DNA from: Chitinispirillaceae bacterium | GTDB lineage: Bacteria; Fibrobacterota; Chitinivibrionia; Chitinivibrionales; Chitinispirillaceae | DNA length: 64,000 nt | NCBI GenBank assembly: GCA_049514575.1 | Contig: JBEKUX010000009.1 | Span: 15,146 to 79,145, forward strand | Direction of reading: 5' to 3' | In this document: positions 28,601-36,996 of the stretch, piece by piece | Layout of the letters: each line of letters starts with the position of its first letter | Numbering within the stretch: the first letter of the stretch is position 1 | The notes under the pieces: model-generated | The model's input: the letters and a program-made list of their open reading frames with translations, nothing else | Told to the model about the DNA's origin: nothing | Database searches by the model: none | Program-made: the position numbers and the translations under genes

Positions 28601-29813
28601 CCGGAACCGGGGTCCCGTTGATGTCGATAATTACCGGCTGGGATACCGGCTGCCCGAACATTATGTGGTTGGTGAAATAGTCATCTATCCCGGCGCTTCC
28701 CGCGGGCTGCACGAAGCGATTGACGCTTGCGCCGTTCCCCGCCTTGATCGTCAGCCAGTAATGCCGGTTGTCATCATAGTTGTCGAGGTTGTAGCTGAAC
28801 GTGCTGCTCCAGAAATTGTACCCCCAATCGGAAAGACCGGTAACATAGGCCAGAACATAATCGCTGTCATCGACGAAACCGTTTCCGTTGTGGTCACAGC
28901 GGAAGAGCGGTACCTCGGCTATACCGGCAGGGATCGAATCAATGGAAGGACAGATCTCGGGCAGCTCGCCCTTAAACGAAGCATACAGGGCCACGCTGTT
29001 GATCGCCATAAAGGAGGTATCCACGTTGACATTGCCGTGCAGTGAACCGAATATGCGCTTAAGCTGAGCACCGCCGATTTTTAAAATGCCGTTTTCATTG
29101 ATCTGGTAGCTGTTCATTCCGGCATGACCGTCGCCGATAGTAAACGTGCAACGCGGCTGGAGGGAGGAGAGCGGGAAGGCATCGGCAGTTTTCCCTAATC
29201 CTTTGCGTTGCAAGGGCTTCATCCACCCGGTTGCTACATCATAATTCAGCACCTGCTGTTTAAGAACGCGCTGGTAGGCGGCGGTGACCATCGGCTGCAT
29301 GCTGCGGGAGAGGGGTGTTCCGGCAGGAAAATCAACGGTACACTCCCCGCTTGCAAGCACCTGAGCGGTGTGGGTGTTTGCATCATACCTGAAAGGACGT
29401 ATGATAAGATTCACCGCACGCATGTTCTTAAGCCATGTATAGCGCGGTACCGATATCCAGCCATCAGGGAACTGAATGTCCTTTGGCATTGGGTAAATTT
29501 TGCCGCCGTCTATCATATTATTTTTAAGCGGATGCCTGAGCGTAATTGTCCTGAAAGTTCCGGGAACAAAATGTACGCGGACCTGCCCCGAAACCGGAAT
29601 TCCCGCATAAACGGAAAATCCCGGAATTGCCGGTTTACCAACGGAACCCAGTATGACATTCGCTCCGCTGAATGTCAGGGTTGCGGTATCAAATGACCCC
29701 AATTCCCATCTGAATACAAGCCGTGATGTTGTATTTTGAATGACGCGGACCGATGCGGCAAGGGGACACGCCATCAGTAAAAGACCGACAATCAGATATT
29801 GGCTCTTTTTCAT
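25677..29813 (-). CDS. Peptidase C25 (gingipain-like) family protein with FlgD-Ig/T9SS-like C-terminal domain
   Basis: 1378 aa. Signal peptide MKKSQYLIVGLLLMACPLAA. YVNYFGHGSYVYW (His) and PFISSFSCGVSTFD (Cys) form a catalytic dyad-like pair. The C-terminus reads VVIKIYSLGGRLLKVIK...WDGRDQTGYPLPPNIYLYQV. Confidence 0.8.
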   Translation of the reverse strand: MKKSQYLIVGLLLMACPLAASVRVIQNTTSRLVFRWELGSFDTATLTFSGANVILGSVGKPAIPGFSVYAGIPVSGQVRVHFVPGTFRTITLRHPLKNNMIDGGKIYPMPKDIQFPDGWISVPRYTWLKNMRAVNLIIRPFRYDANTHTAQVLASGECTVDFPAGTPLSRSMQPMVTAAYQRVLKQQVLNYDVATGWMKPLQRKGLGKTADAFPLSSLQPRCTFTIGDGHAGMNSYQINENGILKIGGAQLKRIFGSLHGNVNVDTSFMAINSVALYASFKGELPEICPSIDSIPAGIAEVPLFRCDHNGNGFVDDSDYVLAYVTGLSDWGYNFWSSTFSYNLDNYDDNRHYWLTIKAGNGASVNRFVQPAGSAGIDDYFTNHIMFGQPVSQPVIIDINGTPVPDDIVSYVWEALSRYNREFDVQLDLPHIDKTIGGILRFQKYENTGAPVTAVFSDTSGDDTICAGCQTDVDYPVPRWGSRYLRIIYTDQSYNNYYWQLRNIRVDYRQPLSARADSALRMTVFSSGDTGVISYRFSSTGSGLIYVFRIPPDESAVGLVDTIPGGTPYVWSDTGNSGARYFLCNGQGFITLADGDFSLPPTVMSGSNYTIPDLRDASNFADYLIVTHPAFLNQANQLADHKAHHGFTSPRIVSINDIYTAFAGGNMDPVALRNFLAFVVRNWQSQNMLDYVVLMGCGNYDYKQVYTSEKNYIPPMELGGNTCVEDFYAALSPGDFSSSGENTVALGRLPCQTQNDINNAAASVMVNKIIATEGLSADWGSWRNTMMLVADDDMQGMTYDGGICSPNNQSGHTVSSEMLAAAVGTARPWLDLRKVYEYNYPWNTVREKPEASAAIVNQINSGVGYVNYFGHGSYVYWADEHVLQPSTVQQLYNANRYPFISSFSCGVSTFDKPGNTSLAECLFNAPGAGAIASFASTRGAMPWANTELGINLYDLLFTAQSPTIGMAILNAKLACGGNSNGNSNVYVLLGDPSVRLANLSRRVVLKLYDADNKPQSDTLMAMQQINIKGTIVDQNGVVDGSFGTTLPAFVQVTIFNPPEITGRKDGGADTTVRWLRPGKPIFSAQTAVRNGSFEQAAIIPPSIIFDQSGARLTAYAWEDSVAGGGCDSIFFHGTCTKCTSSNDTVGPRITLRPVYDIASMRSGSVSFTDHIVSSLPLKCEIDLFDQSGINVIDNGPDQGLTMEIPGIISRRNINYKFQFAEGDFRKGNAVLSFEENSLNPGNYNLQITAQDLLGNVSKAKFVLEITDMNTFALDHVFNTPNPMRMGESTRFFFYPSTTTTQNVMPALDFNVVIKIYSLGGRLLKVIKNASNGEAWDGRDQTGYPLPPNIYLYQVTADYPSQEKIIKSKIQKLVIHPPRK

Positions 29814-30023
29814 CTCTTCTTCTCAGGCTCAAGTAATGCGGGAAACCGTATGATAAGGTAAAAATAACTCCTGTCGCATTCGGCTGTATCCCTGCGAGGT
29901 AGAACACCGGTCATTTGTTACCTCTTCAGATTACGGCTATGTAGCGAAAGAATTTCTGTTTCCCTTATTTTTTCATGCAGTGAACGGGCAACGGCTTTCC
30001 CCCGAGCATAGGTATTGTGCAAT

Positions 30024-30057
30024 AAAAAAGGCCTCACTGCCGGGGCATGACGAGGCC
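30024..30057 (-). terminator. Rho-independent terminator after the HU gene
   Basis: The minus strand reads GGCCTCgtcatgccccggcagtGAGGCC followed by TTTTTT, starting 22 nt after the HU stop. Confidence 0.6.
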
Positions 30058-30079
30058 ATTCTGAAAGGAGTTGTTTCGC

Positions 30080-30376
30080 TTACTGTTTCTTCGCGCCCGT
30101 GATCGCTTCTTTCGCGGCCTTTGCAACGCGGAATTTCACAACGCGCTTTGCCGGAATCTGGATCTGTTCGCCGGTCGCCGGGTTCCTGCCGATCCTGGCC
30201 TTTCGGTTGACCAGCACGAGTTTGCCGATGCCCGGAATCATGAACGCGTTCTTTGCCTCTTTATAGGCAAGTTCCGCCAGTGTGTCAAAAAAGAACTTTA
30301 CCTGTTTCTTCGGAAGCTGCACCGTTTCGGCCAGCTTTGCGACGGTCTGTGCCTGGGTCAAGCCTTTTCCTGCCAT
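30080..30376 (-). CDS. hup: HU-family DNA-binding protein
   Basis: 98 aa. ...FMIPGIGKLVLVNRKARIGRNPATGEQIQIPAKRVVKFRVAKAAKE is the typical HU/IHF beta-arm with R-N-P-x-T-G. Confidence 0.9.
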   Translation of the reverse strand: MAGKGLTQAQTVAKLAETVQLPKKQVKFFFDTLAELAYKEAKNAFMIPGIGKLVLVNRKARIGRNPATGEQIQIPAKRVVKFRVAKAAKEAITGAKKQ

Positions 30377-30468
30377 GACTACTCCTTGATTGTTAAGAAT
30401 GAATACAAATTAACCATGTATTGGAGAAAGTATAAATCAGTGTTCCCTGGGTTGTAAAGAAAAATTAA

Positions 30469-31986
30469 TCACCCGAACGATCTCTGCAGGAGCGTAAGAT
30501 CGAGCTCCGGATATACCGGAAAACGGGACATTATTCCGGCAACAAGCACTTTGGCGTTTTTCTTTTCTTCAGGATCGATTGTGTATTTCGCTTTGCTCTG
30601 CCGGCCCGCATGCGTTCCGCCGGCAATGGTCTCGGGTTTCGTATGTGCAAGCACACGCTTGATGATCGAGGCCATTTCGCGCATCTCTCTGTTTCCCATG
30701 CCGAGCGTCGTCACTGCCGGCGTGCCCATGCGTAAACCGCTTGTGTACCACGGCCCGTTCGGATCAAAGGGGAGCGAATTGCGGTTGCAGGTGACGCCGC
30801 ACTCGCGAAGCGCGCTCTCGGCCTGGCGGCCGGTCAGGCCGAACTGCGTGACATTGATAAGGAAGAGGTGGTTGTCGGTGCCGCCGGTGGCAAGGGTCAT
30901 ACCCTCTTTTATGCATGCAGCCGCCAGCGCCTGCGCGTTGACCACGATCCTTCCGGCGTATTCCCTGAATCCGGGCGTGTTTGCTTCTGTCAATGCTACG
31001 GCCTTGGCCGCCATACAGTGGCCAAGCGGGCCGCCGATGACGAGCGGGCATCCTTTGTCCACGCTCTCGGCGAATTCTTTGTCGCACAGCACCAGCCCCC
31101 CGCGCGGGCCGCGCAGTGTTTTGTGTGTGGTGGTGGTAACGACCTGCGCGTGAGGAACCGGATTATAGTCGCCGGTGAACACCCCTCCGGCAACGAGTCC
31201 TGCAAAATGGGCCATGTCGACCATGAACACGGCATTGGCCTTGTCGGCGATTTTGCGCATGCGTGCGAAGTTGATCTTTCGCGGATACGCGCTGTAGCCG
31301 GCGAGCAGGATGAGCGGCTTCAGATCGAGCGCCATCTTCTCGACCGCATCGTAATCGATGAGGCCGGTAGTGCGGTCAACGCCGTAGCTGTAGGCGTCAA
31401 ACATCTGCGCAGAAACATTGTGCCTGTACCCGTGCGTCAAATGGCCGCCAGAGTAATAATCCATGCCGAGCAGACGCTGGTTGTGAAGTTTACTACGCAG
31501 TTTTTCCCAATCCTCGCGCGAAAGGTCTGACGGATTGGTTTCGCCGAGCGCAGGCGTCTCGATCCGTGTATTGAGGATGGCCCAGAAGGCGATGAGGTTC
31601 GCGTCAGCGCCGCTGTGCGGCTGCACATAGGCGTGTTCGCAGCCGAACAGTTTGCATGCCTGTTCCGCGGCATACGACTCCACCGCATCGATGTTGTCGC
31701 ACCCGGCGTAAAAACGGTGCAGCGGGAAACCTTCGGCGTATTTGTCGGTGAGAAGGTTGCCCATGGCGAGCTGGGTGGCGAGCGAGCAGTAGTTTTCGCT
31801 GGCAATGAGCTTGAGGTTCGCGCGCTGGTCGGCCAGCTCTTTTACTATGGAACGGGCGATGGCAGGAGCGACGTTCGCCACCATCGTAAGATTGGCAAGA
31901 TAGGCAAGAAGCCCGGTGTCGATTTTTTCCGGCCTGGTGCGGGAAAGGTATTCTGCGACGGCATTGGTTGTAGGCATAGGAAACAT
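30469..31986 (-). CDS. glyA: Serine hydroxymethyltransferase (long form, 505 aa)
   Basis: [18 protein letters not shown] and [16 protein letters not shown] (PLP lysine). Relative to my recollection of E. coli GlyA it has an N-terminal extension, a ~25-aa insertion ([29 protein letters not shown]) and a longer C-terminus. Confidence 0.9.
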   Translation of the reverse strand: MFPMPTTNAVAEYLSRTRPEKIDTGLLAYLANLTMVANVAPAIARSIVKELADQRANLKLIASENYCSLATQLAMGNLLTDKYAEGFPLHRFYAGCDNIDAVESYAAEQACKLFGCEHAYVQPHSGADANLIAFWAILNTRIETPALGETNPSDLSREDWEKLRSKLHNQRLLGMDYYSGGHLTHGYRHNVSAQMFDAYSYGVDRTTGLIDYDAVEKMALDLKPLILLAGYSAYPRKINFARMRKIADKANAVFMVDMAHFAGLVAGGVFTGDYNPVPHAQVVTTTTHKTLRGPRGGLVLCDKEFAESVDKGCPLVIGGPLGHCMAAKAVALTEANTPGFREYAGRIVVNAQALAAACIKEGMTLATGGTDNHLFLINVTQFGLTGRQAESALRECGVTCNRNSLPFDPNGPWYTSGLRMGTPAVTTLGMGNREMREMASIIKRVLAHTKPETIAGGTHAGRQSKAKYTIDPEEKKNAKVLVAGIMSRFPVYPELDLTLLQRSFG

Positions 31987-32084
31987 CCCCCTGCGTTATG
32001 AGACGGTGAAATGAAAAATAGTTTTTAATGAGGGAGAATTAAATAGAAATAGATAAGAATAAGACTAAAACTATTTTCCTTTCT

Positions 32085-32981
32085 ATGTGGGCCTTATTGA
32101 AATTCTCTTTTTTTATTGTCTTATTTAATTCTTATTCCTTCGCCGGAACCCTCTTCGACCTTCAAGGCCGGGTCCCTTCCTCCATCTCTCCGGCATTCCT
32201 GACCAGCAACTATGTGCGCATCTGGAAGGCGGTTGCCCCGGATACGGCGGTCAACAGAAATCCCATCGCTATCATTTATTACTCCCGCAGCGATGAGCGG
32301 AAGCTCGGGGTAAGGCTACCCGAATGGGGCGGCGGCGGCGCCATCGGTAAAGACACCATCATCGTTCCCATCGACCGTTTTCCCCTGTCCGACATGGACC
32401 TCGGCAGGGTGACCGTACACGAACTCGTGCACATTGCGCTCGAACGGGCATACGGCCTGCTCCGGATTCCGCGCTGGTTTCACGAAGGTTTGGCCATGAC
32501 GCTTTCCGGCGAGCTGTCGTTCGACGAGCAGCTCACGCTCTCCCGCGCGATTTTTACAAAGAAGCTCATGCCGCTCGATTCCATCGAGCGGGTCAACCGG
32601 TTCGACGCGTTCGGCGCAGCGCTCGCCTACAGCGAAAGCCATCTAGCCGTGGCCTACATGATCGATAAATACGGGATCGACGGCATACCGGAACTTCTTA
32701 ATGAGGTCCGGGCTGCAGGAAAATTCGACACCTCGCTGTTCACCGTATTCGGGTTTGCTCCGCAGGAGTACGACCGGATGGTGCACAATTATATCATCGA
32801 GCGCTACCGCTTCCTTTTTTTCTTCAGCGATACCTATCTTTTCTGGATGTTGGGCGCGTTTCTTGTCATTGCCGGATTTATTGCGGTTAGAATTCGTATC
32901 AGGAAAAGAGAAAAACAAATGGAAGAAGAGGAAAATGCGGCGGATGAAAGAGAAAAATTAGAAAATAATAGTAAACAATAA
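32085..32981 (+). CDS. MA-clan zinc metallopeptidase-like membrane-anchored protein
   Basis: Signal/anchor MWALLKFSFFIVLFNSYSFA. VTVHELVHIALE...WFHEGLAM gives HExxH plus a downstream E. C-terminal TM LFWMLGAFLVIAGFIAV followed by a charged tail. Confidence 0.6.
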   Translation: MWALLKFSFFIVLFNSYSFAGTLFDLQGRVPSSISPAFLTSNYVRIWKAVAPDTAVNRNPIAIIYYSRSDERKLGVRLPEWGGGGAIGKDTIIVPIDRFPLSDMDLGRVTVHELVHIALERAYGLLRIPRWFHEGLAMTLSGELSFDEQLTLSRAIFTKKLMPLDSIERVNRFDAFGAALAYSESHLAVAYMIDKYGIDGIPELLNEVRAAGKFDTSLFTVFGFAPQEYDRMVHNYIIERYRFLFFFSDTYLFWMLGAFLVIAGFIAVRIRIRKREKQMEEEENAADEREKLENNSKQ

Positions 32982-32983
32982 AA

Positions 32984-33153
32984 TTTTGGATGGCTGAGCC
33001 TTAGTAGCCGGAACGGAGTAAGGCTACAAATCTGCGTGGCCCAGGTGCGATGGCACCGCAGGACAAAGCAGACATCACTCTCACGAACAGATTTCGCCAA
33101 GCATGAAACTTCAGTTTGGGGGGATGCACGAGACGTTATCGCATTCGAAAATC
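32984..33153 (+). repeat. Intergenic repeat locus B (box1 plus 3' module shared with locus C)
   Basis: TTTTGGATGGCTGAGCC at 32984-33000, 3 nt after the preceding stop. GCCAAGCA..TTTGGGGGGAT..GTTATCGCATTCGAAAA at 33097-33153 parallels 60713-60768. Confidence 0.55.
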
Positions 33154-33291
33154 CAAAGGCAACTACTTTTACCGCGTTTATCTACCTTCAGTAAAAGTTA
33201 TAATGTCAATGCGTGTTCATCAAAAACGATAATCCCGCAGGCCAAAGGCCGAGGAGGCTGGAGCGAGGGGGAGACTTCCCCCGCAAAAAAA

Positions 33292-33930
33292 TTATTTGAT
33301 ATTTTCGGTTTTTATAATATTTAAAAGCTCTTCCGGCTTGGTGACAAGAAAATCCGGGTTTGCGGCTTCAAGCGATTCTTTTGTATTATACCCCCACGTG
33401 ACCGCGGCGACCCTGATCCCGGCTTTACGGCACGCCTCTATGTCGCCGATGGTATCGCCGACGTAGAGAATATGCTCTTTCTGCAGGTGGTGCCTGTGGA
33501 TCAGGCCGCGCAGCTTCGACAGTTTGCCGAAAACGGCCGAGGAATAGGCGCCGATGTCGAAAAAATCAAGGTTGTAATGCTTCAGAAACCATGCCACATT
33601 TTCCTCTGAATTTGAGGAGACAATGCCGAGGAGTCCGCAGCAGGACCTTGCCTCTTTCAGCACGTCGGCAATGCCCTTGACAGGACAGACCCTCCCGATG
33701 TTTTCGTGGATCTCCTGGCGTATCCGCAGCAGCATGGCGGGCATTTTCCGCAAGGGAACCTTCAGGTCGCGGATCGCTTCCTTCAGGGGGGCGTTTCTGA
33801 AATGGACGACCTCTTCTTTTGTCACCTGCCGTATGCCGAACACATCGGCGATTTTTTCCCCGATGACCATGGCAAGATCAAAGGTGTCGGCAATGGTGCC
33901 GTCAAAATCGAAGAGAAGCACTGAGATCAT
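33292..33930 (-). CDS. HAD-superfamily hydrolase (phosphoglycolate phosphatase-like)
   Basis: MISVLLFDFDGTIADT (DxDGT motif I), SSNSEE (motif II-like) and YVGDTIGDIEA (motif IV). Start set at ATG 33930 so it does not overlap the glgB 3' end. Confidence 0.8.
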   Translation of the reverse strand: MISVLLFDFDGTIADTFDLAMVIGEKIADVFGIRQVTKEEVVHFRNAPLKEAIRDLKVPLRKMPAMLLRIRQEIHENIGRVCPVKGIADVLKEARSCCGLLGIVSSNSEENVAWFLKHYNLDFFDIGAYSSAVFGKLSKLRGLIHRHHLQKEHILYVGDTIGDIEACRKAGIRVAAVTWGYNTKESLEAANPDFLVTKPEELLNIIKTENIK

Positions 33931-33949
33931 ATCCAGGTACGACCTTCTT

Positions 33950-35965
33950 TCATGGCTGCGGTTCCTTTTGTCCTGTCCCGGCGCCAACGTCGCTTTCAGT
34001 GTCCGTCACGATTTTGGGTTTTTCATACTGCAAAACAACGGCGCCGAGCGGCGGCAGCATGAGCTGCAGCGACTGCTTCCTGCCGAAACACGGCACATTT
34101 TTGGTCGCAACGCCGCCGCTGTTGCCCACATTGCTCCCGCCGTACGCCGCCGCATCGCTGTTCAGGATTTCCTTCCAGAAACCTTGAAACGGAACGCCGA
34201 CCAGATACCGGGGACGGGGAACCGGCGTGAAATTGCATGCTATCAGCAGCACGTCCTCGGGTTCCTCGCCTTTTCGCAGATACGAAATGACGCTGTGCTC
34301 CCAATCCTTGAAATCAACCCACTCGAAACCCCTGCCGTCGAAATCGAAAACGTGCATGGCCGGGACCGTTCGATACAGACGATTAAGGTCGCGGACAAGG
34401 AGCTGCATCCCCTTGTGCCGGTCGTGCGATGCGAGGTCCCACTCAAGCGCGCCATCGTGCGCCCATTCGCGCCACTGGCCGAATTCACTGCCCATGAAAA
34501 TGAGCTTTTTACCCGGATGGGTGAATTGATAGGTAAAGAGCAGCCGCACATTGGCAAGGCGCCGCCAGTCGTCGCCCGGCATTTTATTGACAAGAGAGCC
34601 TTTGCCGTGCACGACCTCGTCGTGCGAAAGCGGAAGCACGTAGTTTTCGGAAAAAGCGTAGAGCATGCTGAAGGTGAGCTCGTTGTGGTGGTATTTCCGG
34701 TGAATCGGGTCTTTTCCCAGGTAGTAGAGCGTGTCGTGCATCCAGCCCATGTTCCATTTCATGCCGAACCCCAAACCCCCGATATAGGTGGGCTTCGACA
34801 CCATGGGCCATGCCGTCGACTCTTCGGCAATCATCTGGATATCGGGGAACGCCTTGTACAGCTCTTCGTTGAGCTGTTTCAGGAACGCGATCGCTTCCAG
34901 GTTCTCGCGGCCGCCGAACTTGTTGGGGATCCATTGCCCGGCGCTGCGCGAGTAATCGCGGTAGAGCATCGACGCGACCGCGTCGACACGCAGCCCGTCG
35001 GCATGATATTTGTCAAGCCAGAACATTGCGCTCGAAAAAAGAAACGACCGGACTTCGGCGCGGCCGTAGTTGAAGATGTAACTCTTCCAGTCCGGGTGGA
35101 ACCCTTCGCGCGGGTCGGCATGCTCGTAGAGATGGGTGCCGTCGTAATACACGAGGCCGTGCTCGTCGCCCGGGAAATGGGACGGGACCCAGTCGAGGAT
35201 CACGCCGATGTTCTTCTGGTGCAGGTAATCCACGAGAAACATGAAATCCTGTGGCGTGCCGTACCGGCTCGTCGGCGCGAAATAACCGGTCGTCTGGTAG
35301 CCCCACGAACCGTAGAACGGGTGTTCCATGATCGGCAGAAACTCGACGTGCGTAAACCCCTGTTCATTAACGTATTCTGCCAGGAGCGGCGCCATTTCGC
35401 GGTAGTTCAGCCATGCATCCTTGCCGCTGCTCTTCCGGCGCCACGATCCGAGATGCACCTCATAAATCGAAATAGGGCTTGTGAGTGCATTGCGGTTTTT
35501 CCGTTTCCGCATCCAGCCGGCGTCCTGCCACTGGTAATTAATGTCCCAGATGATCGGAGAGGTCTGAGGCGGAACTTCCGCGTAATACGCAAACGGATCT
35601 CCACGGTTTGCCCGGTACTTGTTGCTGCTTGATTCCACATGGAATTTATACAGCGTTCCGGCTTCCAACCCGGGAATAAACCCTTCCCAGATACCGGAGC
35701 CGTCCGCACGGCAGGACAGTTTATTCGTTGCGGAATTCCACCCGTTGAAATCGCCGGTCACCGACATTGTTTTTGCGTTGGGGGCCCACACGGCGAAATA
35801 AACGCCTTCGGTTCCATCGTCTGCGGCCATGAGATGGGCGCCGAATTTTTCATACAGTTTGAAATGGCTGCCCTGCCGGAACAGGTAAATGTCGAAATCG
35901 CTGAATCGCGACAGCGCGCCTGCTTTTCCGGCTTTTTGGTTCGGTGATGGCTGAATATCATTCAT
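33950..35965 (-). CDS. glgB: 1,4-alpha-glucan branching enzyme (GH13)
   Basis: 671 aa. [31 protein letters not shown] and [12 protein letters not shown] are the GH13 conserved regions I-IV in branching-enzyme form. Confidence 0.93.
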   Translation of the reverse strand: MNDIQPSPNQKAGKAGALSRFSDFDIYLFRQGSHFKLYEKFGAHLMAADDGTEGVYFAVWAPNAKTMSVTGDFNGWNSATNKLSCRADGSGIWEGFIPGLEAGTLYKFHVESSSNKYRANRGDPFAYYAEVPPQTSPIIWDINYQWQDAGWMRKRKNRNALTSPISIYEVHLGSWRRKSSGKDAWLNYREMAPLLAEYVNEQGFTHVEFLPIMEHPFYGSWGYQTTGYFAPTSRYGTPQDFMFLVDYLHQKNIGVILDWVPSHFPGDEHGLVYYDGTHLYEHADPREGFHPDWKSYIFNYGRAEVRSFLFSSAMFWLDKYHADGLRVDAVASMLYRDYSRSAGQWIPNKFGGRENLEAIAFLKQLNEELYKAFPDIQMIAEESTAWPMVSKPTYIGGLGFGMKWNMGWMHDTLYYLGKDPIHRKYHHNELTFSMLYAFSENYVLPLSHDEVVHGKGSLVNKMPGDDWRRLANVRLLFTYQFTHPGKKLIFMGSEFGQWREWAHDGALEWDLASHDRHKGMQLLVRDLNRLYRTVPAMHVFDFDGRGFEWVDFKDWEHSVISYLRKGEEPEDVLLIACNFTPVPRPRYLVGVPFQGFWKEILNSDAAAYGGSNVGNSGGVATKNVPCFGRKQSLQLMLPPLGAVVLQYEKPKIVTDTESDVGAGTGQKEPQP

Positions 35966-36107
35966 TATTCGGTTTCCTCATCGCGGGAGCCCGCTGTTTG
36001 TTATGATACTATTTCGGTAAAATCCCGGACATAAAATTATATATGCCGAAAGAAGCTACTACAAGTTAAACCGAAAGCAGTGCATTACCGTTAAAAAAAT
36101 GGATGCC

Positions 36108-36136
36108 TTGACAATAAATAGTGCTTCTATTATATT
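36108..36136 (+). promoter_or_regulatory. Sigma70-like promoter candidate
   Basis: TTGACA (36108-36113), 17-nt spacer, TATATT (36131-36136), 58 nt upstream of ATG 36195. Confidence 0.45.
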
Positions 36137-36194
36137 GAGCCGAAAACACGAAAACAACTTCCTCTGCATATTACATCTGTAATAAAAGGGCCCA

Positions 36195-36956
36195 ATGAAA
36201 CGTGTACTAGTATTACTGGCGCTGGTGGCCGCAATTGCGGCAGTGATTTTCATCGCACCGCGGCTTCGGCCGTGCGGAGCACAAAAAAAAGACCTGCAGA
36301 CCGCCCTGGCGAAGGATATCGGCGCGCTGAATAAAATAATACCCTCCCGCGCCGTTCCTGATGTCAACCACTCGAAAATCATTTCGCCGGGTGCTTGGAA
36401 AAAAGAGATGGAAGAATATGCCGCCTGGCTTGCCGGAGCTCCCGAGGTGAATGTCGACCGGGTAAAAAGGAATGCGCTGCTCGACACCCTGAACAGGAAG
36501 GCCGTTGGCCTTCACGAGGACAATTTCATCATCAACGACACCCGGAAGAAAATCTCATTACAGCAATACACGGCGATCTGGAACGGCGTTTTTTTCGCAA
36601 CCGGGGTAACACCGGATTCCGGCCACCGCCGTCTGGCCGCATCATGCTACGATAAAAAACTGTCCTTTATCAGGGTTTCTGCTTTGACAAGCTATGTTTA
36701 CGAGGTATCGCTCATTGATACTGCCGCCAACCGGCGTGCCGTATTCAGCGTCTATCCGGAGAGCAGCACCTTTGTCCTTGCGCCGGCCGGAACGCACCTT
36801 ATGCTGTGCAAAAGCAGCTATCAGCCCGGGCCCGGAATGATCTGGCATTCCGCGCCGACCATTATTCCGATCATTGTGCCGGAATCGCCGTCGCTTTTTT
36901 CATTTACTCTTCAGACGCAGGTGGTAAGGGAAAAAGAAAAAAAACCGGATAAATAA
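36195..36956 (+). CDS. Hypothetical membrane-anchored/secreted protein
   Basis: 253 aa with N-terminal hydrophobic segment MKRVLVLLALVAAIAAVIFIA. No recognisable motifs. It ends 40 nt before the EEP lipoprotein gene on the same strand. Confidence 0.6.
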   Translation: MKRVLVLLALVAAIAAVIFIAPRLRPCGAQKKDLQTALAKDIGALNKIIPSRAVPDVNHSKIISPGAWKKEMEEYAAWLAGAPEVNVDRVKRNALLDTLNRKAVGLHEDNFIINDTRKKISLQQYTAIWNGVFFATGVTPDSGHRRLAASCYDKKLSFIRVSALTSYVYEVSLIDTAANRRAVFSVYPESSTFVLAPAGTHLMLCKSSYQPGPGMIWHSAPTIIPIIVPESPSLFSFTLQTQVVREKEKKPDK

Positions 36957-36996
36957 CCGGCAATTGCCTCCCAAACACTCAACCGTCGAATTGCTC

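Noticed and set aside
33052-33066. TGGCAC-N5-GACA, resembling a sigma-54 -24/-12 promoter.
   Set aside because: The -12 element is not TTGC(A/T). It also lies in a convergent intergenic region with no downstream gene in the right orientation.
33136-33152. GTTATCGC(A/G)TTCGAAAA in repeat loci B and C (also 60752-60768) resembles a tRNA T-loop (GTTCGAA).
   Set aside because: There is no complementary T-stem, acceptor stem or anticodon arm around it, so it is not a tRNA or tRNA fragment I can support.
33623-35632. A 669-aa + strand ORF almost as long as glgB. Similar long antisense ORFs are at 20842..22611, 4415..5554, 37042..38169, 45657..46748, 24423..25217 and 58809..59687.
   Set aside because: Each lies exactly opposite a gene with unmistakable family motifs (glgB, A2M, cusA, EEP, atpD, kinase-like, PAC2). 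The translations are Arg/Gly/Pro/His-rich and low in complexity with no motifs. This is typical stop-codon depletion on the antisense strand of GC-rich genes.
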